A stretch of DNA of 64,000 nt from a virus (taxonomy: Duplodnaviria; Caudoviricetes): positions 1,154 to 65,153 of IMG/VR virus record IMGVR_UViG_3300035670_000193. The stretch is one strand, 5' to 3'. The notes below the pieces were generated by a model. It was not told the origin of the DNA, ran no database searches, and saw nothing but the letters and a program-made list of their open reading frames with translations. A program made the translations under genes and the position numbers. This document shows, in pieces, positions 13,601-23,487 of the stretch (positions are counted from its first letter, which is position 1; every line of letters begins with the position of its first letter).

Positions 13601-14794
13601 TGTAAGTTTGACATTACAAAGAAACCAACAATTTCTTTTGTTATACCAAAAAATCTACCAAACAGAAAACTTGGTTCACAAAGTTTAACCTATGCAATGA
13701 ACGCAAATGTTATACAAAACTTGTATGGTACTTTTGAAACTTCATTAACAAGTGTTCACGCATTTAATCTTACAACAACAGATTTTACTCCAACACAAAC
13801 AAATATTGATTACACATATGCAACGACATTGGGAAGCACATTAGCAAAAACATCACCTGTAGCAATTTCTCCAGGAAGATTTGCTTCACCATTATCTGAA
13901 GATGTTTATTTGAGTGATGGATTAGGCACACGTGTGCTTGTACCAACTTCAAATAATTCTTTTGAAATGATTGCTACACTTTCATCAACTGACCCATATG
14001 TGTCTCCAATTATTTCTGATGATGGTACAACTTTTTATTCCATTATCTACTCTATAAACAATATGGGTTACTCTACTCCACAGATACAAGTTATTGATGG
14101 AGGTACAGGTTACAATAATACTTCTACCGTTGTTATTACATCAGGACTTAGAAACTCAAATACTGTGAATGACTTTGGACAACCAGATTTACCTGTGTTT
14201 GGTTATACAACAAATGCAATTTCTGGTGCAATTCAAAGTGTATATACAACATATAGAGGTTCTGGTTATATTGTTACACCATCAATTGCAATTTCTAATC
14301 CATTAACAAGAGGTGGAAATTCTAACGCAATTATATCAATATCAGGTGAAACATCACCAAATGGTGGTAATGGAAGAGCAAAGTATTATACTAAGAAAGT
14401 TGTTTTGTCACCATCAAATGAATCTGGTGACTTGAGAGTTTACTATAGTGCTTATAAACCACTTGGTTCTGAAGTCTATATTTACTATAGAATTCTCAAT
14501 ACTAGTGATACTGATATTTTACAAAATCAAAATTGGCAATTAATGACACAACTTGATAGTAAAGATGTATATTCTACAAGTAGAACAAATATTATTGAAT
14601 ATGTTTGTGCGCCTGGATATTTTGATAGTCTACAACCAAACAATTCTATTTCATATACAAGCACGACAGGCACAACATATGATACATTTAATCAGTTCCA
14701 AATCAAAGTTGTTATGTCTGCATTAGACCCAACTAATCCACCATTCTTAACGGACATTCGTGCAATTGCTTTACCAGCAGGAACAGGAATTTAA
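7607..14794 (+). CDS. Large virion structural protein (VrlC-like / DUF4815)
   Basis: PYFDDF..KNFYRILFKPGYAVQARELTQSQTILQNQI, APGADRYKI, RFKNGILVDDF and DPLAQTF motifs of the T4-like VrlC family; 2395 aa. Confidence 0.8.
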   Translation: MAQNYNIDPYFDDFNPDKNFYRILFKPGYAVQARELTQSQTILQNQISNFAEAIYSQNTPVSGGKVTTNLNAKYIKLNSTFNNASVVAADFLNKKITDVTGTILASVTATDEATGNAILEGDPPTLVVTYLSGTQFSDGMTVYITDGETATPYATTIGNPGGTTSIGNSSTVSVSRGVFWVINGYNTIQNADGTTSQFRIGNFVTCLPQTAILDKYDNSPTLRAGLNIVEETVTYIDDSSLLDPAVGSTNYQAPGADRYKISLNLITKPITFGDDESFIELVRYDAGETVKQSDNTVYSAIDDYFAKRDYETNGDYIVNDFKLTPVPTANGNSNFYDMIISKGVAYVLGYRVENQSNYALTVPRARTTTTVTPGSNNTFINYGSYFATDYANGNFNISSFPQVDLHCVVSQSVNNATEASYASTKIGTAFLRGLQFVYNTSDSNTKSYVYNAFVNDIETFSLSSNAAAGSTSTEIKFYDLSSFKFSTSANAYYGGTIRIDSGTSVGDIRTIVSYNASTKTATVDSPFTVTPDVTSQFTLIFGTQMANSIVKTANTGGTGTVASPLRKFVANTNINIASGKVNGVPAGYTILNSSAAPELLFSLGNEYVANNTINETTFYSTQLFRNQSFSAVSNSFTINTTSPMYFQGTTGQTYFGDSFKNLFTVIDETTGQILAFNDGANTATVNTSTSATFSSAVYSRNGNPVTVVASVYASIPGVGDSTGNVLKIKNKITGNVNFAGAGVLTPIVNSAGGANTNTFLDVNSGQTYVTANIANLTTPISLYVSDLITVQKIIDTGSAAVEIAAGDSLSNFTDITTSFSFNDGQKDNFYDHATIQLKPGAIPPLGNMLVVYDYYSHSGGDGFFTVSSYIDEDYRKIPTYIAKNGTVYSLRDCVDFRPTRKNGVLDYTWDYKSLPSTTSGGIFFPQNRSNFICGYNYYLGRRDKLVLTKDSEFLMIIGTPAKNAQYPIEPDGSLLLAQITLDPYTSYVPGEGPNYVAAESTYGVTSTSEPSNLSVTKILHKRWAKSDITDLQTQVNNLEYYTALSILESNANALQIPDVNGLNRFKNGILVDDFSSFATAETYSEDFNANINIRKKTLGPVSFVTNYSLQNPQVIGSYGTASQPVNTFTINSLNGSLTNLFTLPYSVENIAVQQLGSGTISINPFNVVNYEGICTLNPPIDNWVNSHEVPSILITDPRYQFTQTTGGVNLTNAGDYQSIPGTTQQYNQELAAATNDSYASQTVGINRATNTSSAAAAPLSAQNGYVTNEGLRAYIRPQEVIVRAKGLLVNSPLSAWFDGLNVDKYITQPDIIELTGVRGNFKEDDIIGFYDNTYTFSFYPVGRVVSAYKYPTNNQTRLYISEYIQLPTQVPTNNLINAYFAANGKYLYSTAYGNVTFTNANSILYLTTSGTVTGPGITFTTLGNTSSIKTIYKSPKLWGTEAAGTLLNNYGVWGDNNFGTTYNVGNGFRVPITSNGVYTLKVVSTATGTVGFGNNDSILSPASSPTNVLTAVKNISGNASFLANTTIRWSVTASATSNASFAAVVYDANNNVIWNTLSPNDLKFDGSTANIAGPDGGIYYAGLNTVSLSRDSSDITDFYVGGEITIKSTYTYPYNYQATYLPPPPQKVIRSYRTGDGDPWQPIAYVYGDDTVKIAEQQTIQDAERKQTAILMETYTFTANIVDYNGVTKVATLDRPVDIAMGTSAIYGNLNSKYNIRGTVANVAEAKRLGNTIPGLSSNENGEFVGVFSIPGSQFFSGERVFRVDNRNRATNNPASATTFAEATFYAGGIFNLNTLSPSVDSSATTFTRLDKQSYNIISIESPMDPLAQTFILDKKNYPNGAYLNSIKLFFAPFQNLKKPTTPVTVSIVETLNGYPTGRILDYSRTIVDAADIKTSNRPHYLAENTWTEFVFDAPVYVESGVLYAVLIQANSADYLLYYGGQNEPAIISTAKALPTDPDPLTPSKIGATPYVGSLFESQNSITWTADQTKALMFVLSACKFDITKKPTISFVIPKNLPNRKLGSQSLTYAMNANVIQNLYGTFETSLTSVHAFNLTTTDFTPTQTNIDYTYATTLGSTLAKTSPVAISPGRFASPLSEDVYLSDGLGTRVLVPTSNNSFEMIATLSSTDPYVSPIISDDGTTFYSIIYSINNMGYSTPQIQVIDGGTGYNNTSTVVITSGLRNSNTVNDFGQPDLPVFGYTTNAISGAIQSVYTTYRGSGYIVTPSIAISNPLTRGGNSNAIISISGETSPNGGNGRAKYYTKKVVLSPSNESGDLRVYYSAYKPLGSEVYIYYRILNTSDTDILQNQNWQLMTQLDSKDVYSTSRTNIIEYVCAPGYFDSLQPNNSISYTSTTGTTYDTFNQFQIKVVMSALDPTNPPFLTDIRAIALPAGTGI

Positions 14795-14795
14795 T

Positions 14796-15017
14796 ATGCC
14801 ACTTGTTAAAATTAACAATTCAAATTTGATTAGAGACACACAAAGTATGGCTCTAATCAATACCGACAATAACGAAAAGAATGAATATTATGCAAAGTTG
14901 CGTTTAATTAAGAACCAAAAAGAGCAAATAAATATAGTGAATAAAGAAATTTCAGATTTAAGAAATGAGATGAGTGATATAAAATCTCTACTTAAACAAT
15001 TACTAGAGAAACAATAA
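14796..15017 (+). CDS. Small conserved coiled-coil protein following the VrlC-like gene
   Basis: ATG at 14796 directly after the upstream stop; LIRD..S.ALIN and EMSDIKSLLKQL motifs. Confidence 0.65.
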   Translation: MPLVKINNSNLIRDTQSMALINTDNNEKNEYYAKLRLIKNQKEQINIVNKEISDLRNEMSDIKSLLKQLLEKQ

Positions 15018-17521
15018 TGGCAAATCAAATAAACACATTAAGTTTAGCAAATACTTTTAGTGAATGGTTAGGTGCAACAGGTCAACTAATTGTTGAAAAC
15101 AATACATTAGGAAAAGGTAACTATACTAAAGATTCTGGACTCTTAACACTCTCTGGTAGTGGTACAGGCCTGTCTGTTGCAAACAATTCTCTATTTGCTG
15201 GTAACGTTGTTTTAAGTGGAACATCAAGCAATACCTTACAGGTAACTGCTAACGCATCTTTTGGTGGTACAATATTTGCAACAAGGTCACTAACAAATCA
15301 ATTAACAACTAATAGTGCAGTCATTAATTTTATGACTGCAAACAATCTTTTTTTTACAAACTTAATTTCTTCAAACGCAACAATTGATAACTCAGCTTTA
15401 AATGTTGCAAGAATTAACACTGCCGTAATTAATGTTGAGACAGTTAATACAAGTACGATAACAACACTTAATTCTACCAATAGTACACTTAATGATATTT
15501 TTGTTACTACTGGAAGAATTTCTACTGCTTTAACTGATAATTTAACTTCAAATTCTTCAACACTTACAAATGCATATTTAAGTGTTGCCAATATTGGAAC
15601 ATCTACACAGAATGATTCCACTATAAATTCTGCATCTATTTCCACAGCAACTATCACAAATGGCACTATAACAAATGGTTCTGTAACAAATCTTGTTGCA
15701 CCAACAGTTAATTCAGATATACTAATTTCTAATGCAGCAACAATCTTATCATCATTTACAACAACAGGTACAATTAATAATGCTCAGTTGAACATTGCAA
15801 GAACTAATGTTTCTTTTCAAAATGTTGTCTCTTCTAATACATCTTTCTTAGATATTACAACAGTTAACACTGCAACGATTAACATTCAAAATGTTAATAC
15901 AGCAATACAAAGAGTTACAAACATTACAGTTGGTGCAAATGTCAACATTGCAAATGCAAATACTTTAAATGTTACTTCAAATGCAACAATTAATTTTGTT
16001 GATATGCCTAATATTAGAATACGGCAAAACACTACGAGTACAGATGGCTCTGAAGCAATATTAATTGGTAAAAATTTACCATTAGTTTCAACTGGAGCAA
16101 CATCTGGTGGTGCTAGAAAAGGTGGTATCGCAATTGGAAGTTATGTTTCTTCAGCAGACGAATTAAAAGCAAATCAAATTTCAATTGGTTATTTGTCTGG
16201 CACAGGTGGTGCGACTGGATATAATGGAACTCTGGCTGGAGAAGAATCTGTTTTTATTGGTGTTAAATCAGGTACTACAGTTATAGGTGGTAGAAACGTT
16301 GGCATTGGTCCAAATGCAGGATACAAACAAGAATCAGATTGTGTTGCTATAGGCGCAAATACTGCTGGTAACACCGCTTCAACCAGTAATAGTCAGCGTG
16401 AAGGTGCAATTGCAATTGGTCGCCATGCAGCTTACACAAAACAAGGTGCAAATTCAATTGCAATTGGTACTGATGCAGGAAGTAATAATCAAGGTGCATA
16501 TGCCATTGCACTCGGTTATCAATCTGGTGAAAATCTACAAGAAAACTATGGCATTGCTATAGGATTTAAAGCAGCAGAAAATTATCAAGACCAATATGGC
16601 ATTGCTATAGGCGCACAAGCAGGAACAATTCAACGATTTGGTGGTGTTGCATTAGGAATACTTTCAGGTATAGAACAAGGTCAATATTCAGTTGCTATTG
16701 GTGGTGGAGCAGGACAAAAATCAAATGCATCTACTGTTTCTATAGGACACAATGCAGGTAAAGGTTCTTCTGGTAGTAATTATCAAGGCAACAACTCAAT
16801 AGCAATAGGTTCATATGCTGCAAGAAGTGGCCAAGTTGCAAATTCGATTGCAATAAATGGTTCTGGACAAGACCAGTTAAATTGGGCAAACAATTCTGGT
16901 CTTTTTATTAATCCTGTCAGACAAGATTCTTCAAATACAGCAAACATTGTTTTCTACAATGCATCAACAAAAGAATTTACTTATGCTGACTTAGGTGCTC
17001 TTGGTACTGGTAACGCAAACACATATGGATATCTTAATAATTCTGTTTTATTTGCTAACAGTACAGGATATGCTTCCAATACTACAAACTTACAATTCTT
17101 TACATCAAATACAACATTTGTATCAGGCAACACACAAATTCGTCACGCAATAGGTGTTGGTACTACACCAGATACCGCTAACGTTGGTTCTATTCGTGCA
17201 ATACACAACATTGTTGCTTACTATTCGGACGAAAGACTGAAAACAAAATTAGGTAACATTGATGATGCAGTAGATAAAGTTATGACATTGAATGGTTTCT
17301 ATTATGAACCAAACGAAGTCGCACAAAGTTTAGGTTATAAACCTGCAAAAGAAGTTGGTTTGTCTGCACAAGAGGTACAGAGAATACTTCCAGAGGTTAT
17401 TTCAACTGCACCAATTAGTGATGAATATTTAACAATTCGTTATGAGAGAATTATACCTCTTCTAGTCGAAGCAATCAAAGAACTCAAAGCAGAAATTGAA
17501 GAATTGAAAAAAGGTAAGTAA
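15017..17521 (+). CDS. Tail fibre with 5-residue repeats, AIG (YadA-like) repeats and a C-terminal S74 intramolecular chaperone
   Basis: SDERLK..GLSAQEVQ..LPE..Y..IIPLLVEAIKEL chaperone motif; ~14-aa AIAIG repeats. Confidence 0.75.
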   Translation: MANQINTLSLANTFSEWLGATGQLIVENNTLGKGNYTKDSGLLTLSGSGTGLSVANNSLFAGNVVLSGTSSNTLQVTANASFGGTIFATRSLTNQLTTNSAVINFMTANNLFFTNLISSNATIDNSALNVARINTAVINVETVNTSTITTLNSTNSTLNDIFVTTGRISTALTDNLTSNSSTLTNAYLSVANIGTSTQNDSTINSASISTATITNGTITNGSVTNLVAPTVNSDILISNAATILSSFTTTGTINNAQLNIARTNVSFQNVVSSNTSFLDITTVNTATINIQNVNTAIQRVTNITVGANVNIANANTLNVTSNATINFVDMPNIRIRQNTTSTDGSEAILIGKNLPLVSTGATSGGARKGGIAIGSYVSSADELKANQISIGYLSGTGGATGYNGTLAGEESVFIGVKSGTTVIGGRNVGIGPNAGYKQESDCVAIGANTAGNTASTSNSQREGAIAIGRHAAYTKQGANSIAIGTDAGSNNQGAYAIALGYQSGENLQENYGIAIGFKAAENYQDQYGIAIGAQAGTIQRFGGVALGILSGIEQGQYSVAIGGGAGQKSNASTVSIGHNAGKGSSGSNYQGNNSIAIGSYAARSGQVANSIAINGSGQDQLNWANNSGLFINPVRQDSSNTANIVFYNASTKEFTYADLGALGTGNANTYGYLNNSVLFANSTGYASNTTNLQFFTSNTTFVSGNTQIRHAIGVGTTPDTANVGSIRAIHNIVAYYSDERLKTKLGNIDDAVDKVMTLNGFYYEPNEVAQSLGYKPAKEVGLSAQEVQRILPEVISTAPISDEYLTIRYERIIPLLVEAIKELKAEIEELKKGK

Positions 17522-17523
17522 AG

Positions 17524-17859
17524 ATGCCAGCTGGATATCAAGACCAGTACCTTGAACAAGGTACAACATTTACATCCGAAATCACACTAGATGATGCGTA
17601 TGGTAATCCATTTGATTTAAATGGTTTTACTGTTGCATCTCAAGCACGCCGTACTTATTATTCTTCAAATACAACTATAGTTTTTGATGCTACAATTACA
17701 GATGCCAATAGTGGCATAATTACTATATCAGCTAACGCAGCTACAACCGCTAATGTTCCAGCAGGTAAGTTAGTATATGATGTTATCATCACAACTGGGA
17801 ATACTGTGACAAGAGTTTTAGAGGGGCAAATATTTGTATCTCCTAGAGTAACAAGATAG
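17524..17859 (+). CDS. Small virion structural protein (tail-fibre associated)
   Basis: EQGTTF..YDVII..RVLEGQIFVSPRVT pattern; tail module context. Confidence 0.6.
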   Translation: MPAGYQDQYLEQGTTFTSEITLDDAYGNPFDLNGFTVASQARRTYYSSNTTIVFDATITDANSGIITISANAATTANVPAGKLVYDVIITTGNTVTRVLEGQIFVSPRVTR

Positions 17860-17867
17860 GGATTTAA

Positions 17868-18188
17868 ATGCCAAATGTTACAGTTACAAACCCTTCCGTA
17901 GTAACAGTTAGAGTAGGAACGGCTCAAACACCTAGAGTTCAGTCTACAGCCACATTCTTTGGTGCTTCTGCTAATCTTACAAATGAAATCAATTCAGCTG
18001 TTGCAATTGCACAAAATGCTGCTGCAACAGCCAACATTGCATACAATGTAGCAACCTATGCGTCAAGTACAGCTAATAATGCATTACCAATTACTGGTGG
18101 AACAGTCACAGGAAATCTGACTGTTCTTGGTGCCTTTGCGGCCAATGCAGAAGTTTTCATGGTATTAGACGGAGGCAACTTTACATAA
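17868..18188 (+). CDS. Short tail-fibre-associated protein
   Basis: LPITGGTVTGNL repeat and C-terminal DGG.F motif shared with neighbouring ORFs. Confidence 0.55.
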   Translation: MPNVTVTNPSVVTVRVGTAQTPRVQSTATFFGASANLTNEINSAVAIAQNAAATANIAYNVATYASSTANNALPITGGTVTGNLTVLGAFAANAEVFMVLDGGNFT

Positions 18189-18227
18189 ATACCCGAATAA
18201 TAACTATAAAAACCAAAGGATTTTAAG

Positions 18228-20114
18228 ATGGCCATTTCGAATACCAGTATTCTAATTAAACGCTCACTTGGTTCAGCGACACCTAGTTCATTAAAACAGG
18301 GTGAATTGGGTTATTCTTACCAGAGTAATACACTCTTTATTGGTACTCCTGATGGAACTGGTTTTCTGGCCATCGGCAGTAACGGAACATTTGAAACAAT
18401 CAGTTCTGCTACCTCAGCTAACGTAGCAAGCACTCTGGTTAAAAGAAATGCAGAAGGTGCTTTCTTTGGTAAACTATTTGGTGTTGCAAACTCGGCGGTT
18501 CAACTAGATACCGCACAAAACTTCTCAGTTACAGGTGAAGTTCTTGCGTCAGCAGTATCTTTTAATGGTACCTCACCAGTTGCACTTGCAGCTGCACTCA
18601 GTACTACCCTTGCTTCTCCTGGCACATATGGTGGTACAACTGCAATTCCAGTTGTTACTGTTGCTGCAAATGGTCGTATCATTGATATTGCAAACACTTC
18701 AGTCACAACTTCATTTACTGTTGCTGGTGATACAGGTACACCTCAAACTGTTAATGGTGGCGATACACTAACACTTGCAGGCGGCGCAGGTATTACCTCA
18801 ACTGCATCAGCAACCGACACAGTTACATTTGATGTAGACAATACTGTTCTTCGTGGAAACACATCAGTTGGAACACAAATCGTTCTTTCAGATGTTGATG
18901 TGTTTGGTAATGTTGCAATTACCGGTAACTTAATCATTTCAGGTAACGTTATTGCGGAAGACATTGACCATTTGGTCATTGGTGACCCATTTATTTACTT
19001 AGCTGCAAATAATTATTCTGCTGACATACTAGACATTGGTTGGGCTGCAAATTACTTTGATGGTGCAGACAATAGACATACAGGTATTTTCCGGCACGCA
19101 TCAAACAAAGAATATTATGTATTTGACAATTATTTACCAGAATTAGAAGCAAATAATGAAGTAAACATTAATGATGCATCATTTAGAGTTGCTACATTAA
19201 ATTCAAATTTAAAATCAATTGTTGCAAATACAAATGTACTGAATGTTTCTGAAGCAAATGCAACAAACATTACAATTACAAGTGCATTAAATCCAAATTA
19301 CTTAACACCAGGAAGTATTACATACTATGATGGTGGAAAAGTTGCTTCTCTTGCAAACGTTGGTACATCTGGTGCATATGGTTCTGCATCTTATATTCCT
19401 GTTATCACAACAGATGCATATGGTAGAGTATCAGCAGTTTCAAATACCGCAGTCGCAATCAATGCTTCACAGATTACAGATGGTACATTACCAATCGCTC
19501 GTGGTGGTACAAATCAAACCACATTTACACCAGGTTCTCTGACCTTCTTTGATGGTACATCACTCGCATCATTCGCAAATTCAACATATACTTTAACTGG
19601 TTCTCTTGCAGCTAGCAAGACAATATCTTCTCTAACTGTAGATGCGTACGGTCGTGTTACTGCTGCAACTGGTGTTGACATTGCAATCGATGCTTCACAG
19701 ATTACATCAGGCACATTAGGTGTAGCAAGAGGTGGTACAGGTGCAGGTTCATTTACTGCTGGTCAAATCATAGTTGGTAATGGCACAGGTGCTCTGTCAC
19801 AAATTGCAAACGTTACACCAACAATAACTGGTGGACTTTCTGCTGGTAATACCATCACATCATTGACGATTGATGATTATGGTCGTGTCACCGCATACAC
19901 AGGTTCTTTAATTTCTGGATTAACAGTATCACAAGGTGGTACAGGCGCAGCAACATTTACAACAAATGGAATGATTTACGGAAACGGAACAGGTGCTCTT
20001 CAAGCAACTGCAGCTGCTGATACATCAGACCAATCTTGGAGTAATCAGATTTTAACTGTAACAAATACAGGAGTTCCAGTTTGGGCGACAAATATGGATG
20101 GAGGAACGTTCTAA
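18228..20114 (+). CDS. Tail fibre protein (Mtd-N-like N-terminus, D.YGRV and RGGT repeats)
   Basis: ILIKRS..PSSLKQGEL N-terminus; repeated VDAYGRVT and LGVARGGTG units. Confidence 0.7.
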   Translation: MAISNTSILIKRSLGSATPSSLKQGELGYSYQSNTLFIGTPDGTGFLAIGSNGTFETISSATSANVASTLVKRNAEGAFFGKLFGVANSAVQLDTAQNFSVTGEVLASAVSFNGTSPVALAAALSTTLASPGTYGGTTAIPVVTVAANGRIIDIANTSVTTSFTVAGDTGTPQTVNGGDTLTLAGGAGITSTASATDTVTFDVDNTVLRGNTSVGTQIVLSDVDVFGNVAITGNLIISGNVIAEDIDHLVIGDPFIYLAANNYSADILDIGWAANYFDGADNRHTGIFRHASNKEYYVFDNYLPELEANNEVNINDASFRVATLNSNLKSIVANTNVLNVSEANATNITITSALNPNYLTPGSITYYDGGKVASLANVGTSGAYGSASYIPVITTDAYGRVSAVSNTAVAINASQITDGTLPIARGGTNQTTFTPGSLTFFDGTSLASFANSTYTLTGSLAASKTISSLTVDAYGRVTAATGVDIAIDASQITSGTLGVARGGTGAGSFTAGQIIVGNGTGALSQIANVTPTITGGLSAGNTITSLTIDDYGRVTAYTGSLISGLTVSQGGTGAATFTTNGMIYGNGTGALQATAAADTSDQSWSNQILTVTNTGVPVWATNMDGGTF

Positions 20115-20149
20115 ATATAATTGTGATTTTTTTATAATAGGGGTTTAAA

Positions 20150-20698
20150 ATGGATAGTGAAAAGTATGTAAATTATTATATTGAAGCTTTGACAGGAACT
20201 TTAAATGAAGCGGTTATAAGAACAATTTCTTTACAGACCAACGCAAGAATAACAAATGAAGTAATTGAAGAACAAAGAAAGACATTAGATACACTAAAAA
20301 ACGAACTAGAGACTTATAAGAAAACTCAGCAAGAAAAGAATCAAACAGAAGTTTCTAGTTTACAGTCTACGATTTCTTCAAAGGATGGTGTGATTGCCGA
20401 TTTAAGACAACAATTGGCAAACCTTGATAAGATGAGGTCTGAATATGATAATGTGAAACATCAAGTGCAACACGTTGATACATTCCGAAATGAGTTGGTG
20501 AAGGAAAGAGAATTACACCAAAAAACTAGGAATGAATTTGAAAATAGAATTAAAGAATTAAGTGACCAAATTGAGTATTTGCAATTAACTCCTGCCAAGC
20601 GAAAAAAGGTTGATGAATCTCGAGCAACAAACAAAGTAGAAACTGTTGTTGTTCAACCCGAAACCGTAACAGTTACAGAGGATGGCGGAAGTTTTTAA
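20150..20698 (+). CDS. Coiled-coil protein, unknown function
   Basis: Heptad-rich sequence ending in EDGGSF like adjacent fibre genes. Confidence 0.55.
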   Translation: MDSEKYVNYYIEALTGTLNEAVIRTISLQTNARITNEVIEEQRKTLDTLKNELETYKKTQQEKNQTEVSSLQSTISSKDGVIADLRQQLANLDKMRSEYDNVKHQVQHVDTFRNELVKERELHQKTRNEFENRIKELSDQIEYLQLTPAKRKKVDESRATNKVETVVVQPETVTVTEDGGSF

Positions 20699-20701
20699 TA
20701 A

Positions 20702-23485
20702 ATGGCAATCGCAAATACCGTAATTCAAATCAAAAAGTCCACATCAAGTGGAAATATACCACCATCACTACAAGATGGTGAGTTGGCTATTAACGCCGCT
20801 GATGGTAAGTTATTCTATAAAGATGACTTAGGCAATATTCAATCAATTCAAAATCAAGATACCTTTGGTACAGTCAATGCCAATGGTTCCTTGATTCTCG
20901 CTACAACATCTACTGATACACTTTCTATAATTCCTGGTACAAACATCACAATTTCTGCTGATGTTGGTGCAAAATCTTTAACTATTAGTTCTACTGCTTC
21001 GGGTGGAGGTGGTGGAGATGATACTGTAGCTTTTGCTGCCTACGCTCAAGCTAATAGTGCAAAACTAAAAGCAAATACTGGTGGTTATGGTGTTGGTAAT
21101 AATATTTCTATTGGATGGGGAGCAGGTCTTACCAGTCAGGGCGTATATGCTGTAGCTATTGGTGATGAAGCAGGCAAAACATCACAAGGAAATTTTGCAA
21201 TTGCTATTGGTGATGCCGCAGGAAGACAAACTCAAGGTAATCAAACTATAGCAATTGGTTTATTATCGGGTGAAGTAAATCAATATCAAGATGCTATCGC
21301 AATAGGTACTGGTTCTGGTCGATATGGTCAAAACACATATTCAGTTGCTATAGGAACTAGTACAGCATTTGCAAATCAACGTTCTCAAGCCACAGCTATA
21401 GGTTATTTAACTGGTTATGAAAATCAAAATGCAGATGCAATTGCAGTTGGTACTGAAAGTGGAAGATACAATCAAGGTGTAGCTTCAATTTCTATTGGTC
21501 AAAATTCAGGTAGAACAAGACAAAATTCTCAAGCTATTTCAATAGGTGTTCAAGCTGGTTATGCAAACCAACAGAGTTATGGTATAGCAATTGGTTCAAA
21601 TGCAGGACAAAATTTTCAATCATATGAAGCAATTTCAATTGGTTACAACTCTGGACTTTCAACTCAAGGAGAAAAATCAATTGCAATTGGTGTTGAATCA
21701 GCTTCATTTGCTCAACAATCAAACTCAATTGCATTAGGTTCTTATTCTGCATATAGTGGTCAAAATTCTAATTCTATTTCAGTTGGTACATATTCTGGTC
21801 ATATTAATCAAGGCGAATCATCGGTTTCTATTGGAACAAGAGCTGGTTTTAATAGCCAAAATTCTTATTCAGTTGCAATTGGTTGGGAATCAGGCGTTGT
21901 TGGACAAGGTGAACGAAGTGTAAGTATAGGTATGAGTTCGGGTTATACTAGCCAAAATGCATATAGTGTTGCTATAGGATATGCTGCTTCAATAGAAAAC
22001 CAAGAATCAGATGCTGTTTCTATAGGAAATTTTGCGGGAGGATATTATCAAGGAGCTTATGCAGTAGGAATTGGTCGTGAAGCTGGTTATCAAAATCAAG
22101 GTTCAACAAGTATAGCTATTGGAAGTTTTTCGGGAAATTACTTTCAAAGTCCATCTGCTATCGCAATCGGAGTCAATTCTGGCAATAATCTTCAAGGTGA
22201 AAAATCAATAGCAATAGGTGAAAGTGCCGGACAGTATAGTCAAAATATTTTTGCGATTGCACTCGGTAGTGCAGCTGGATATCAAAGTCAAAGCGCAAAT
22301 AGTATTGCAATAGGTACTAATTCTGGTGCAAACTTAGCTATCGATTCAATTGCAATTGGTCGTGATTCTGGTGAATCTACAAATACTGGTTCAATCGCAA
22401 TTGGTCCTAGTGCCGGTATTAGCCAAGGTTATCAATCCATTGCGATTGGTAACATTACTGGAAGGTCGCAGGGTCAACGTGCGATTGCAATTGGTTCTGG
22501 TAGAGGATATACTAGCCAAGGTGATTATGCTGTTGCTATTGGTACAGCGTTCACCACCCATTCATACCAAGGACAATACGCAGTTGCTTTAGGATACGAT
22601 ACAGGAAGGTCATATCAAGGAGCATCATCAATAGCAATTGGTAGAGAAGCGGCGTATGCAACTCAAAATTCAGAATCTATTGCAATAGGTTATAGAGCGG
22701 CTTTCGACTCTCAAGGAAATAATTGTATTGCGATAGGTAATTATGCTGCAGGTGAAGGTGGAAAAACCTACGGCAATCCTGGCCAAAATTCAGGTTCTAT
22801 TGTAATAGGTGCTTACGCTGGATTTAACGGTGCAGCAGCTAACTCTATCATATTAAATGCAAATGGTATAGGTGGTGTTGTATATTCAGAAACAGCGTCA
22901 ATATATATTGACCCAATTCGAAACGATTTAACAAATAATACACAAGCACTTTACTATAACACAACAACAAAAGAAATAACTTTTGCACCACCAGCAGGTG
23001 GTGGTGGCGGTGGTTCACAATCATTGCAAGATGTTACTGACATTGGTGCAACGACAACAAATGCCATTGAGATTACAAACACAACAGTATCAACAAGTGT
23101 CTCAACTGGTGCTCTGATTGTTTCTGGTGGTGTTGGTATCAATGGTGCTCTGAATGCTCTAACAAAATCATTTAGTATTCCACACCCAACGAAAAAAGGC
23201 AAAACACTTCGTTATGGTTCTTTAGAGGGACCAGAATATGGTGTGTATGTTCGTGGTCAAACCACAGAAAGAATTATTAAACTACCAGATTACTGGAAAA
23301 AATTAGTAGATGAAAACACAATTACTGTTAACTTAACTCCTGTTGGAGAGTATCAGCAACTATATGTTGAAAAGATAGAAAAGAATAAAGTTTATATACG
23401 AAACAATTTAGGTAAAAATATAAATTGTCATTTCACCATCTATGCAGAAAGAGCTGATATTGATAAATTGACTGTTGAGGGTTAA
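20702..23485 (+). CDS. Tail fibre/adhesin with long 14-aa AIAIG repeat array
   Basis: IQIKKS..LQDGELAIN N-terminus; dozens of Q...AIAIG...G repeats; C-terminal KSFSIPHP..LRYGSLEGPE domain. Confidence 0.75.
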   Translation: MAIANTVIQIKKSTSSGNIPPSLQDGELAINAADGKLFYKDDLGNIQSIQNQDTFGTVNANGSLILATTSTDTLSIIPGTNITISADVGAKSLTISSTASGGGGGDDTVAFAAYAQANSAKLKANTGGYGVGNNISIGWGAGLTSQGVYAVAIGDEAGKTSQGNFAIAIGDAAGRQTQGNQTIAIGLLSGEVNQYQDAIAIGTGSGRYGQNTYSVAIGTSTAFANQRSQATAIGYLTGYENQNADAIAVGTESGRYNQGVASISIGQNSGRTRQNSQAISIGVQAGYANQQSYGIAIGSNAGQNFQSYEAISIGYNSGLSTQGEKSIAIGVESASFAQQSNSIALGSYSAYSGQNSNSISVGTYSGHINQGESSVSIGTRAGFNSQNSYSVAIGWESGVVGQGERSVSIGMSSGYTSQNAYSVAIGYAASIENQESDAVSIGNFAGGYYQGAYAVGIGREAGYQNQGSTSIAIGSFSGNYFQSPSAIAIGVNSGNNLQGEKSIAIGESAGQYSQNIFAIALGSAAGYQSQSANSIAIGTNSGANLAIDSIAIGRDSGESTNTGSIAIGPSAGISQGYQSIAIGNITGRSQGQRAIAIGSGRGYTSQGDYAVAIGTAFTTHSYQGQYAVALGYDTGRSYQGASSIAIGREAAYATQNSESIAIGYRAAFDSQGNNCIAIGNYAAGEGGKTYGNPGQNSGSIVIGAYAGFNGAAANSIILNANGIGGVVYSETASIYIDPIRNDLTNNTQALYYNTTTKEITFAPPAGGGGGGSQSLQDVTDIGATTTNAIEITNTTVSTSVSTGALIVSGGVGINGALNALTKSFSIPHPTKKGKTLRYGSLEGPEYGVYVRGQTTERIIKLPDYWKKLVDENTITVNLTPVGEYQQLYVEKIEKNKVYIRNNLGKNINCHFTIYAERADIDKLTVEG

Positions 23486-23487
23486 TT

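Noticed and set aside
20702-23485. Regular ~42-nt periodicity that might suggest a CRISPR array or a DGR
   Set aside because: The repeats are degenerate at DNA level and encode 14-aa AIAIG units. There are no identical repeats with spacers, no reverse transcriptase, and no TR/VR pair visible.
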